A stretch of DNA of 64,000 nucleotides from Octopus sinensis (Eukaryota). Of the stretch, positions 12,907 through 25,470 are shown piece by piece (within the stretch, counting starts at the first letter, position 1; every line of letters starts with the position of its first letter). Location: the NCBI RefSeq assembly GCF_006345805.1, contig NC_043005.1, positions 81,034,001 to 81,098,000 of the forward strand, written 5' to 3'. The notes beneath the pieces were generated by a model. It was not told the DNA's origin and did no database searches. It worked only from the letters and a program-made list of their open reading frames with translations. The translations under genes and the position numbers were made by a program.

Positions 12907-12983
12907 CTAAAGGCGGTGCCCCGGCATGGCCACAGTCAAATGACTGAAACAAGTAAAAGAATAAAAGAATAAAAGAATAAAAG
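12907..12983 (+). mobile_element. Isolated 3' tail of CORE-like SINE
   Basis: CTAAAGGCGGTGCCCCGGCATGGCCACAGTCAAATGACTGAAACAAGT followed by (AAAAGAAT)n. Confidence 0.85.
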
Positions 12984-13070
12984 ATGAAGGCTGGTGGGTA
13001 TATCAGCCGAAAAGATGTGTTAACAATAAACAAGATGAGGACAAATATCCGTCAAATGCAAATAATGTAA
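12983..13070 (+). repeat. Fragment of the second hammerhead-bearing repeat family
   Basis: GATGAAGGCTGG..TCAGCCGAAA..TTAACAA..GAGGACAAATATCCGTCAAATG matches the reverse complement of part of 54892-55076. Confidence 0.8.
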
Positions 13071-13446
13071 AAGAATATATATAAATATATATATGAATGT
13101 GTATGAGTGTATGATGTTATATAAATTGAAGTAATGTAATTTGTATAAAATCATATGCCCTGCCTTGTTTCTACACGTAATCTCGATTTAGCTGAAAAGT
13201 TAGAAAGGAATTGATTCTCTTTGCAATTATTTCTCTATAAAATTCTGCTCTGATTACATTACTCTCTGGTCTCTAGCAAATTGTGGTCATCCTTTCTGTT
13301 GTAATTGTTGCAGTCGACCTTCTTTATTTAAAGTCTTGTACCGGAGAAGATAAATACATATTAACATACGAAACGAAGAAGTTTTATTTTCCTTCTTCAG
13401 AGTAGAAATGGAAACGAAAGAGAAATATTTCGAAGGAAATAAAATT

Positions 13447-13481
<35 letters not shown>

Positions 13482-13980
13482 TATACATACAGATGTATGC
13501 ATATAGCCATATCGATGTATGTGTCAATATTCATCTATAAGTATACATACATATGTACATTGATACGTTCCTCTATATGTGTAGTGTAACATTTCTGTAT
13601 ATGTGCGTGTATGTTAGTATAAGTGGCAAGATAGAAACGGTTTTGATATTTATCTTAAAGACAGCATTTTATATAACATATCTATAACTACATCTCTCTC
13701 GTTTCTTAGCCAATAGCTATATACGTGATTATCTTCTGTGTGATGTCGTAACAGAGAATAAAATATAACAGCCGTAACCACAATATTTAGAAGACGGAAA
13801 ATATTTTTACACGCTTCATCCTGACTTACTGATTTCTATATCAGATCTCTTGAATATGTATGAACCTCTATCTGCGTACATGTGTGTTTCTGTAATGGGA
13901 GAATGAATGCAAACATGTATATATATATATACATAGATACATAGATACATACATATATATATCGATAGATATAGATTTAG

Positions 13981-14033
<53 letters not shown>

Positions 14034-14536
14034 TATATACACACACATATTTATATATACATATACATATATATGTATATGTATATGTGCATATAGGCAC
14101 ACACACATACACATATATTGTATGTATGTATGTATGTATGTATGTATGTATGTATGTATGTATGTATGCATATAAGAATGTATAAATAGATTTATTCAAT
14201 TTGACAAGGAGTAGTTGACATAGACTTCGAAGTTTCGGCTAGCTCATTCTCTTCCGATTACGCTTTACATTGGTTCTTTACCGTTTTCTATATTATTTCG
14301 CAAGTTCCTTCTTCCAAAAATGGCGTCCTATGAATGACATTTAATTGCGGTGCAGGAAATGAGGATATGGATTTGTGTAACAAGTAGGAACAGAGGAAGA
14401 TCAAAAGGAAGTATATGATCGTTTGGTGCAGGGTGGTATAAAGTTATTGGGGAGAGATTTATTTCGGTTATTTAATGTTTTCTTCATTTCAAGTGAGGTG
14501 TAGAAGTGAACAGGCGTCCCAGGTTCAGGTCACAAC

Positions 14537-14919
14537 TCTTTTACTTGTTTCGGTGATTTGACTGTGGCCATGCTGGAGCACCGCCTTTAGTCGATTTGAG
14601 CAAATCGACCCCAGTACTTATTCTATCGGTATCTTTTGTTACGGGGACGTAAACATACGAACATCGATTGTCAAGCGATGTTGGTAGGGGGAAACACAGG
14701 CAAACAAACATATATACACACATACATATACATATATATATATACATATATACGACAGGCTTCTTTCAGTTTCCGTCTACCAAATCCACTCACAAGGCTT
14801 TGGTCGGCACGAGGCTATAGTTGAAGACACTAGCCCAAGGTGCCACGCAGTGGGAATGAACCCGGAACTATGTTGTTGGTTGGTAAGCAAGCTACTTACC
14901 GCGCAGCCACTCCTACGCC

Positions 14920-14920
<1 letters not shown>
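14537..14920 (-). mobile_element. Full-length tRNA-derived CORE-like SINE (OR2-like) with internal AT/AC microsatellite
   Basis: Minus-strand head GGCGTAGGAGTGGCTG..GGTAAG, GGGTTCATTCCC B-box, GGCACCTTGGGC.AGTGTCTT CORE-like motif, tail GGCGGTGCTCCAGCATGGCC. Confidence 0.9.
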
Positions 14921-14950
<30 letters not shown>

Positions 14951-15016
14951 TGTATAAAGAATCGCGGGTACATCTAAAAGAACGCGAAATAATTGCAAGG
15001 TAAATCACAAATATGT

Positions 15017-15053
<37 letters not shown>

Positions 15054-15879
15054 GTACACCTATACATTTACTTTTATATATACGCGCACAAAAAAGTCAT
15101 ACACACTTATATTTGTATATATTGGAGTGGAAACTGACAGAAAATCACTCTCTACATTAAATGGATTTTATGTTGTGTAGAAAAAAGATCAATGAATTCT
15201 CATTAATTTCCATCATCTTTTTGCACGCTCTCACACATATTCAAGTACTTCCGACAATAATCTTGAAAAGGTTGGATGCTCCTCTCTGCCGCAATATCAA
15301 TAATGATCGAACAAAACTAATATGAATAGCATTTCAACTATAACAATTTTGAGTTGTTTTGACATATTGGATCATATGGATCGAGGATTCTGTATCTATA
15401 TGTTCCAATATGACCGTTTTGTATAGCGTCCTTTTTATCTTCCACTGTCTATGCACAGTGTCTCTGCTATTGCCCGAACACATTTCTAAAGTCTTTGTTT
15501 AATATTGTTCTATATATTTCATGTATAGCTTCATCGATTCACTGCGGTTAAAAAAGAAAAGATTGTTGTTGCTGCTGTTGTTGATGATGATGATGCTATT
15601 GCTGATTAATTTCATTTTATGTTTTGCTCCCGTTCGTAGATTTTGAGTTAAAATATTCTAAATGATATTTATGTCAGAAACTTGATTTTAATTTACTTGT
15701 TGTTGTCGTATAAATTTTTATTTACACGATAAACTGATTTTATCTTGATCAATTTTCAATAAAACGGAATATAACATTTCAATTGACATTGGTACTTCTG
15801 TTTTCGTGAGATTTCATTTGCGATATGGTCCAATCGAAGCACCGCCTATAAAGCTGAGCAAAAAATGTCAGTTCTGCGA

Positions 15880-16722
15880 ACTTGAAGCTCGATAACGCAA
15901 ACAAACATGCATTAGGTTTTAGATTTTACATTTTCAAAGAAAAATAAAAACAAAAAGGCGCAGGAGTGGCTGTGTGGTAAGGAGCTTGCTTCCCAACCAC
16001 ATGATTCCGGGTTCAGTCCCACCGCGTGGCACCGTGGGAAAGTGTCTTCTATATTAGCAACGGGTCGACCAAAGACATGTGAATAGATTTGGTAGACAGA
16101 AACTGGAAGAAGCCCGTTGTATGTATATACATATATGTATGTATGTTTGCGTGTCTGTGTTTGTCCCCTCACCATCGCTTGACAACCGATGTTAGTGGGT
16201 TTACATCTCTATAAGGCAGCGGTCCCCAAAAAGCAGCGATAGAATTAGTACAAGGATTTCAAAGAACAAGTCCAGGTTCGATATGTTTGACTAAAGGCGG
16301 TGCTCCAGCATGACCACAGTCAACTGATTAAAATAAGTAAATAGAAGAATAAAAGAATAAAGTTTCGCACTTCTGACACCTTGACTGACGACGACCCCGA
16401 CCACGACTACGACGCATTCAATAATGAAGATGCTGGAACACAGACGCAAATTCCGAATCTCGTTTCTTTTATATTACCTTTTAATTTGATCCCACCAGGA
16501 ACATCTTTGCATTTGCACCAACTGCAATCACTACGAGCAATTATTTACTATGAAAAGATTGCCAGATATGGGTAACCTCCCTTTTATAGGACTATCTGCA
16601 ATTGAAATTTTCCATGACAGCTTCTATCCTGAGAAGTGTAGATTAGTGAGCTCACTGAAATCTTACTGATATTCCTAATATTCTACTGATCATTGCTGAT
16701 AGACTATTTCATTTGCTTATGG

Positions 16723-16785
<63 letters not shown>

Positions 16786-17145
16786 ATATATATATATATA
16801 TCTTTACATATATATTATTCTATTATTGAGCTTCATTAAGCGACGTTCTGTCTGCGTAAGAAAAGAGTTATTATCTTTTGCATTTTATTGTTTCTCTATG
16901 GATGACCAACATCGCAAACTATTCTCGCCTCAGGACCGTAAATAAAAGTGAAAGCTATATTCCTCGATTCAATTAACAACAGAACAAAGAAGCATTGGAC
17001 TATCTTTTTAGAATATCGCACTATATATCGTTGTAACCTACTCTTTCTCTTCTCTCTTTTAGCCACATTCTACTTTTCTGCACACACATATATACGCATG
17101 CATATAAATATATATATATGTATGCATAGATATACATATATATAC

Positions 17146-17194
<49 letters not shown>

Positions 17195-17221
17195 TATATA
17201 CATATACATATACATACAAAC

Positions 17222-17313
<92 letters not shown>

Positions 17314-17506
17314 CATACTATATATGCATGCATATATACACGCATTTATGAATATATTGGTATATATGTATATGTACATATATATATATTTTTTTTATGT
17401 ATATATAATTATATATGCGTGTATGTATATGTATATATGGAGAAATGTGTTTTGTGTATGTGTGGAATGTGTGTGTATGTGTGTTTGTGTTTGTGTGCGT
17501 GCGTGC

Positions 17507-17547
<41 letters not shown>

Positions 17548-18034
17548 TGAGTGTGTGTGTATGTGTGTGTTTGTGCGTGTGTGTGTGTAAACGAGATAAT
17601 ATCCCAATGGTCTATGAAGAAATATCATTAAATTATATATTCGCTATCTATATCTCAGATATCTTCAGTAAAAGTTGTTTCATTCACACAAAACAAACTT
17701 CTGCAAAACAGAAATTAGATTTAAAAAAGAGATATCTCTTTGTATAAGGAACATCCAACAGTACAATAGAACAAATTACTCTATTTTATATATGAAGAAA
17801 TAGCCTCACAGTATAGCGTGTCATTACCATCTTTCTTTCCGATCAATGTATCAAACCACCAAAATATTATGTGCTACTGTTTTCACCCCTTTTGTTTGGT
17901 AGATAGAATGACAGTTTGCAGGAGTGTCTGATCTGGTATCTCTGAGACATGCGATATGAAGGGTTCCATATATTATTTATGAAAAGGTTACTTATTACAT
18001 TCATTTTTACAAAACACAAGATTTTAGTCACCAT
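15880..18034 (-). pseudogene. Spaetzle-like cystine-knot ligand relic
   Basis: Minus strand in order: ATG at 18034; KDGNDTLYCEAISSY (~17835-17790, prodomain G.TYCE...Y type); DRSCHGKFQL then SPIKGRLPISGNLFIVNNCS**LQLVQMQRC (16593-16501), compared with Drosophila Spz YPKKGLRADDTWQLIVNNDEYKQAIQIEEC as recalled; after the SINE, ENVKSKT*CMFVC (~15935-15895). Confidence 0.45.
15956..16361 (+). mobile_element. Full-length CORE-like SINE
   Basis: GGCGCAGGAGTGGCTGTGTGGTAAG head, GGGTTCAGTCCC B-box, family tail and A-rich end. Confidence 0.92.
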
Positions 18035-18049
18035 ATAGTATTATTATTA

Positions 18050-18099
<50 letters not shown>

Positions 18100-18124
18100 T
18101 TTATTTTTTTATTATTATTATTGA

Positions 18125-18690
18125 AGACGTCGCACAGAATCCAGTATTGTGATGTAGTAGATTGAAGACATTGTTTTTTACCGGGCTTTGTGCTGTCTGT
18201 CAAGTCACAGGAAGGACCTCAGGCAGACTGTACTTTACGCAATAAGTGTGCAGTTCTAAGTAATGCCGATTTTTGAAATGCCCCAAGATTGTAGGGTATT
18301 TCTAAAGTACTAAAATGTTTCACCAAGTTGGGTGATAGTCAACTCAATGCAGCTGCCTTCTTAAACATCTAAATTTTCAGGTTTCCATATTTGTCGACCG
18401 TTTGTTTTTCATGATAATATGTTGATCTCCTGGCACTGCCACGTCGATTATTAGGCACTCTTGTTTATCCCACCTAAACTTACAATACCCGGCCTTCGGT
18501 GCTCTGAGACGATGTTTGCCTGGAAGTCAAACTCTCAGTGGGTCCTTTCTGACCCCTTTGTCGTCCATTATCTTTTCCAGTGTATGCTGGTACCAAGCCT
18601 TCCAGCATAGTAGCCAATGGCGGTTTTAGGTTATGTTTTCGTGTCTACTCTTGTACTCATTCTCCGCAAGACTTTCACAGAGGGAGTACA
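18125..18690 (-). mobile_element. Old R4/Dong-clade LINE 3' relic next to (ATT)n
   Basis: Minus strand QKSALLRTAHLLRKV C-terminal motif, as in the 60746-61561 ORF (QKIALLGTAHILRR); abuts (ATT)n at 18040-18120. Confidence 0.7.
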
Positions 18691-18725
18691 CATATAGATA
18701 TTATTATTTTTGTTGTTATTATTAT

Positions 18726-19310
18726 TAAATGAGAGAGCAGCACACACCATCTAAATGAGGCTGGGGAATAAATACGTTAAGTCTAATATATATTTCTTTA
18801 TTGCCCACTGCAGGTTAAAAACAGAGGGGGGAAAGGGACAGACAAAGGGATTAAGTAGATTACATCGACCCCAGTGCGTAACTGGTACTTATTTTAATCG
18901 ATCCGAAAGGATGAAAGGCAAAGTAGACCTCGGCGGAATTTGAACTCAGACGAAATACTGCTAAGCATTTCACCCGGCGTGCTAACGATTCTGCCAGCCT
19001 AATATATCCATTATGACTACCTCGAATATTACAATATAGGTGACACGGTGACCTTATATCAAATCAGGCAGCGCAGGACTCCGCAGGAACTAACTGGACC
19101 CCACCTTGCAGGTGGCTCCAGTTAGAATTTTCTTCAGGCTGAGCAGCCCTCGCGCTCAAGTTGTTCTTGTGTATAAATATTTTCCAGATTTTTAAATATG
19201 ATGAATGAAACACCGATGTTTCAAAAGTGAATTATTTAAATCCCAATGAATTCCTCTCAACATGTAGCTATGTTGCTCTCCTATTTATGATCTGAGATGC
19301 ACATGTACAC
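18726..19310. repeat. Diverged copy of the TAA-flanked non-coding repeat (see 30043-30601), interrupted by a SINE
   Basis: Shared AATGAGAGAGCAG.., CCTTGCAGGTG.., GAATGAAACACC.ATGTTTC.., GAATTCCT.TCAACA; begins at a (TTA)n run. Confidence 0.75.
18792..18998 (-). mobile_element. Nin/Deu-like SINE
   Basis: Reverse complement of the 9667 family; short TSD CTAATATAT. Confidence 0.88.
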
Positions 19311-19334
19311 ATGCTATATACTATCTCTTATCTC

Positions 19335-19735
19335 GTACCTGTTTCAGTCATTAGACTGCAGCCATGCTGGAGCACTGCCTTGAAGTACTTTTATTCGAAT
19401 GAATCGACCAGAGTACTTAATTTCGCAAAGCTGGGTACTTATTCTATTGGTCTATTTTGCCGAAGTTACGGGGATGTAAACACACCGACACTCGTTGTCA
19501 AGCGAAGTTATGGGAAAAACACAAAAAAACCCTCACACACACGCCTACACGCACACACATACACACACATACACGCACACACATACACACACACATATAT
19601 ATATATATGATGACTAAGTTCCCGTCTACCAAATCCAGTTACAAGGCTTTGATAAGCCCGAGGCTATAGTAGAAAATACTTAATAAGGTGCCACGCAGTG
19701 GGACTGAACTTTGTACCATGCGGTTGGGAAGCAGT
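19335..19735 (-). mobile_element. CORE-like SINE (head truncated)
   Basis: Homologous to 14537-14920. Confidence 0.85.
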
Positions 19736-20603
19736 AATATGTGATAGAGAGAATGATCCTATGTGTAGAAGAAAAGCTGAATGGAATAAGAACAACGGAA
19801 ACGAGCGAAAGAACAACAACAACAGTAACAGTCCTTTGTAGTTATAAGATAGTAGTTTACTGATAACCACCAAAATGTTGCGATGGGATTTCGACTTGAG
19901 TAGCATTTCACGTTAGAGTTCAGAGTCATTCTTTCCGCTGTTGAACTTCAGATTCAATTCATCGTCTTAAATAATGATAGTTCTAAATACATCCTGTTAA
20001 ATAATGGTAAGATTTTGGGTATGGGTTTCATTGTTCATCTCCACACCCAAAAGGAACAGCAGAAGATGATATTTTGTGTTATGAAATTTCTAAAGCGATG
20101 GAAATATGAGGAGAGAGGCAGGGTTAAAACAACACAGTTTCTTCGTGGAAAGAATAATTGTAACAGCCATATGAAATAAATACATAAATTTGCCATACAA
20201 GAAACGAAAATTGATTTCGTAAATTTGTTAATAGTAGGCCACTGACAGTTTTATGTGAATGCCAATATCCACTTCGTTATATACACTTTGATTGTAGTGA
20301 TACGTAATCTAATTCCTATTTAAGAAAAATATTCATAGAAATTTAAAAGACGAAAAGCAAAATATTTTGAGTGAATTAATCCAAATTCTATATATGTTAG
20401 GAACTATAAAACTATCAAATTTCTGAAACATTGACAAGAAAATACGAGTTGACCCTCTATTAGTGCACGTTCGTTAAAACTCCACATATAGTTTGCTGTC
20501 AACATTCAACAAGCTTCGAATTGGTGATGTTTTAGATGTTCACATTGACATGATATCTTTGAAACATGTTAGATAGCTGAGCCCTTTCTTACTGTTCCAC
20601 TAT

Positions 20604-21010
20604 TACTCTTTTACTCTTTTACTTGTTTCAGTCATTTCACTGCGGCCATGCTGGAGCACTGCCTTTAGTCGAAAAAATCGACCCCAGGACGTATACTTTG
20701 TAAGCGTTGTACTTATTCTATCGGTCATTTTTGCCGAGGCGCTATGTTACGGGGACGTAAACACACCAGCATCGGTTGTCAAGCGATGGGGGGGGGGGGC
20801 AAACACAGACACACAAACATCTACACACACATATATATACATACACATATATACGACAGGCTTCTTTCACTTTCTGTCTACCAAATCCACTCGCAAGGCT
20901 TTGGTCGGCTCGAGGCTATAGAAGACACTTGCCCAAGGTGCCATGCAGTGGGACTGAAACCGGAAACATGTGGTTGGTAAGCAAGCCAGTTACCACACAG
21001 CCACTCCTGA
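20604..21010 (-). mobile_element. Full-length CORE-like SINE
   Basis: Homologous to 14537-14920 and 15956-16361; (TTACTCTT)n tail. Confidence 0.92.
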
Positions 21011-21304
21011 AATTGTAATAACTACGGCTGGAAATCAATTACGTTCATAAAATGATACACGTTTAGCGGTGCGCATGGCTGGTAAAATATCTTACAGTAT
21101 ACATCACAAATGAAGCTTAAAACAGTATTTTAGTAAGTTACTCTCGTACATAAAACGGATGGAAAAATGTGCATACTTTAGGATGCAGAAGTAGGGCATT
21201 TAAAAATATCTTTAATGCGCATGTCCTGGAATTCTAGGTTTTTAAGAACACTGACTATGAAACGAGATCTTTAACATAACGAGAAGCGGTCGATTGTTAC
21301 GCTA

Positions 21305-21664
21305 TCTCTCTATATATAAACAGCAAACTGTGTGTGTGTGTGTGTGTGTGTCCTTTATACAAATCCACAATTTTTCAGTTAGAGGTCTCGCACTTTTTCT
21401 GGTTATTCAAAACCGTCCAAGAGTGGTCATGCACATCTTTACATTTCCGCTGTTACCCCGCAAAGTCATTCAAAAATGAATAGAAGTGACTTTTTTGTGA
21501 ATTTACTGTCCAAAACCCAATCAAAATGCCCGAATCTTGATACGCCAATTGAATGCCAGCCGGCTATATGTGATTGATCAGTACTCGCATGTATGCGCGC
21601 ACGCACGCAGCTGTATATGCATGCACTAGCACTATGACCTGGCGTTGCCGGGTCATACTGCTAG
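21305..21664 (+). mobile_element. Non-autonomous Helitron (360 bp)
   Basis: 5' TC (TCTCTCTATATATAAA), 3' CTAG, subterminal hairpin TATGACCTGGC-GTT-GCCGGGTCATA (21633-21657), inserted between A and T with no TSD. Confidence 0.9.
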
Positions 21665-22267
21665 TATAAAATATTCACTATTGAACAACTTCGAGGACAT
21701 AATCAAAGAAGGATTCTACGATCTGGAAACCTTGAAGCTTATTCATAGAATAATCATATTAGCATTTATATATCTGGTCATTTAGAAAATGGGTTTGTTA
21801 GTTTTCATTTGAAGGCAAGAGGTATAGCTAGAACTACACTTGTCGGGTCAATTATTAGTAGTGAATCTTCTATTAATTATAAGAGAATGAAGTACTCTGA
21901 ATTTTCAGTATACTTTTAAAAGATTGTGGTTTGGTTATCACGACAATATATAATCAAGATAGATTAAATTTCTTTTGTTTATTTCAGGTTGTCTCTGGTT
22001 TCTGTTTTGGTTTCGTTTTGCAAGACATATGCATTTAAACCTTGTAATCGACTGCTGTAAGGATCATTCTTTTATTTGGTGTTTGAACTTGTGGAATACT
22101 CTTAAATTTTATGGCTTTGTGCAAATTGCTATAAATGTTCTCTGCTTAGTTCACTCTTTGTGGTTTTTGAAACTTACCTGCCGATATTATTTTAATATTT
22201 TATCTCGACTAATTACATATTTTTTCTGAAGTTCAAATTATGTTTTGTGTTAAAATAAATGTTTTGA

Positions 22268-22651
22268 AAGGCGGTGAACTGGCAGAATCTTTAGCACACC
22301 GGGCGAGATGCTTAGCTGTATTTCGTCTGCTGCTACGTTGTGAGTTCAAATTACGCCGAGGTCGATAAGTACTAGTTACGCACTGGGGTCGATATAATCG
22401 ACCTATTCCGTTTGCCTGTCCTTGTTTGTCCTCTCTGTATTTAGCCCCTTGTGGGTAGTTAAGAAATGGGTATTTCGTCTGCCGCTACGTTCTGAGTTCA
22501 AATTCCGCCGAGATCGACTTTGCCTTTCATCCTTTCGGGGTCGATAAAATAAGTACCATTACGTACTGGGGTCGATGTAATCAACTTAATCCCTTTGTCT
22601 GTCCTTGTTTGTCTCTTCTATGTTTAGCCCCCTCTTTGAAATAAAGAAATA
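22268..22651 (+). mobile_element. Dimeric Nin/Deu-like SINE
   Basis: First unit followed by a headless unit starting GGTATTTCGTCTG at 22469; TSD ATGTTTTGAAA (22259-22269, 22659-22669). Confidence 0.9.
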
Positions 22652-23718
22652 GATACATATGTTTTGAAATGCAATTCACTTAGTCTTTATATTATACCAA
22701 ACTACATCTCTCTAAGTGTATTTTACAGATTGATGTAGTGGTTTATTTCGTGACGATGCATTCCTTATGTAGCTGGAAAAAATATATTAATAGCTTTGAG
22801 CACAGCAAAACTATTTTTGACGCATTCTGGAGAAGTTAGTTTATGCATAAATATAGAACGTTAGATAATACACATATACAAGACTCAGATACACATATAA
22901 ATACACAATCGCATGTATATTCGTATGTATGTATTGATGTTGATAGAAAGGTATCTACATGTTTGTATGTCTAAGTATATATATAGAGAGAGATGGGGAA
23001 AGAGAAGAGAGGAACAGAAACGGAAATGCGAGAGGAAAGACAAGCAAGAGATGGACACCTCTATAACGCTGTTCCCCTTCCCAGTTGCGTAAAACCAATG
23101 AACACACATTTCACATCTTTCATCTTTTCCTCCCTTACCCATCTCATTAAAATTACCAAATAAAACAAGACAGAAAAAAAAACAACACTCTTGAAACTGT
23201 TATTTAAGTTATAACATATAAATAATGAAACAAAATCTAAATACGTTTACTTGGCAAAATGTCCACTGATGTTTCAAGTATTTAATAAAGCAATGGACCC
23301 GACTAATTCTCGTTTGTACTTTCTCCTCTTGTTAAAAATCGAAATGAGGAGAAAAACTAATCAAAAGTTAACAACAAAAAATGAAGATAAATATTAAAGC
23401 AAACAATGAAATGAAATGCAAAAAAAAAAAGAAAATGAAAACAATAAGTTAAAAAATTATACATTTCAGTGATGGTATGTCATAAAAAACGATTACTTGG
23501 TAATATTTCAAATTACCTACCAAGTATTTAACAAAGCAATAAATATATAAACAGATCAAAGAGAAAAAACAACATTTGATGTTCAAACAGCATTAATGTA
23601 TGTCTTTAACAAGTTATCCTCGCTCATACGCTCTCTTTATCCCCGTCACTCTTTCTTTGTCTGTCTGTCTGTCTCTCTGCCTCTCTCTGCCTCTTTCGAC
23701 ATATATGTATGTACAATG

Positions 23719-23759
<41 letters not shown>

Positions 23760-23860
23760 TATATATATATATATGTATATATGTATATATATATATATAT
23801 CCATACATACATACATGCATATACTCATATATATATATATATATATCAATATATACATGC

Positions 23861-23918
<58 letters not shown>

Positions 23919-24594
23919 ATGTATATGCATGTATATTTGTCTGCATGTGTATATCTCCCCGACTGCTTCTCTATGTCTCCTCTCTCCTCCTGTAATAATA
24001 TCTCTGTCGTTTTCTCATAATTTTCCGCCTTACCTTCCCCACAGCCATTTTACTCTCCACTTTCCCTTCTCCCTCACATGTTCCCGCTCTCACTCTCTTT
24101 CCCTCTTACTGCATGTATGCCTATGTTATTATTCCCTTCACTTCAACATATTTTCGTCTCACTATCTCGGCGTCTGATTTTTCCTTCCTACTCATTCGTA
24201 ATCTGTTTACTTACTTGCTCATATTTCCCTTCCTCCCATCTCGTTTTACGGTAGTTTCTCTTTAATAATATCTCCTACTCCCAAGTTCAGGTTTCTCATT
24301 TTCTCTTCACTTATAATACTATCCCTGCGCTTATAATTTTACAGTATGGACCCCTATTACTTTACACACCTCGATTACTCTGCCTGACCGTTTGTCCATT
24401 ACACCGTCACACTTGTCTCACTGTCTCTCAGCTTCTCGCACATGTGAATGTAGCTCTTTATTGTATTTAGGTTAGTCCATTTATATTCTGACTTGAACGA
24501 AAATTGATTATAATAGAACATATACCAGAGAGGGGTAAAACAGAAAGAGATCTATGGTGTTGAATAGCAAACGTGCTGTTTCTTCCTTCTCGAA

Positions 24595-24850
24595 ACATGC
24601 CTGGATCATAAGGGCCGGTTTACCGGTTTCATTGGCGTATAGGTTCCCCACCTGGACAGAACGCCGGTGTGTCACGGGTTAATTTCTAGATGCAGGAGGA
24701 AAGAGTGAAAGAAACTTGTGGCGAAAGAGCCAACGGAAGTTCACCATTACCTTCAGCTGGAGCCGCGTGGAGCTTGGGTGTTTCGCTCATAAACAGACAC
24801 ATCGTCCTGTCTGAGATTCGAACCCGAGATCCCTCGGCCATGTACCTCCA
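24595..24850 (-). mobile_element. tRNA-derived SINE of a different family (Meta-domain-like)
   Basis: Minus-strand B-box GGGTTCGAATCTC; the body GGGCCGGTTT.CCGGTTTC..CCCCACCTGGAC resembles the MetaSINE domain as recalled. Confidence 0.6.
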
Positions 24851-25269
24851 CTGAATATACTTCCTGAATCGAAATTTCTCCTTCGCTAGTGGTAGAAAAC
24901 AATGAGCAATAGTTATCGAGGCTCAATAATGAATGAAGTAATTTTTTAATATATCTAGAATTTATTCCGGCAAAAGCATTATCACACCAGCATACAAAAC
25001 CTCTCTTTCACTGGCTGAAATCCTTATAAAGAAGTCGTAGATTTTAATATGCATTCCATCCATATTGAGGATTGAGGGTAGAATAAATATAGACAATATA
25101 TCATGTGGTGGAATCATCATATCAATCTTAGTCATGACTGTGGATCATTCCTATAAACATCTTTGCCAAGTAAAAGGTGAAACTGTCTGTGACAATAACG
25201 AAAACACTTAAAACCCGAAAAAAGCCAGGCTCTGTAAAAACATCATCCAAAAGTACTGGCATCAATACT

Positions 25270-25470
25270 TGGCACAAGGCAAGGAATATTGGGGGGATGT
25301 AAATCGATTACATGGAGACCAGTTCTCAACTGGTACTCACTTTATCAACTCCGAAACGAAAACAGGTAAAGTTGGCCTCGGCGAAATTTGAACCCATAAC
25401 ATAAAAAACGGACGAAATGCCACTAAGTATTTTGACCGGTGTGCTGACGACCCTGCCGGTTCGCCGCCTA
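25270..25470 (-). mobile_element. Older Nin/Deu-like SINE (alternative tail)
   Basis: Reverse complement GGCGGCGAACCGGCAGG head, GGGTTCAAATTTC B-box, tail GCCTTGTGCC. Confidence 0.8.

Larger units (their letters stand above)
10900..14500 (-). pseudogene. Spaetzle-like cystine-knot ligand relic, fragmented by insertions
   Basis: In order on the minus strand: TCYTNPYP (~14390-14365, weak prodomain-like); YKTLNKEGRLQQLQQ...DQRV (~13345-13260); SCLSSRSCC*REETQNIKLWNRKLNSFSLLRFPSTSQR (11040-10900), resembling the Spaetzle C-terminus C..C.Q....L.....FPS.C.C. Confidence 0.35.
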
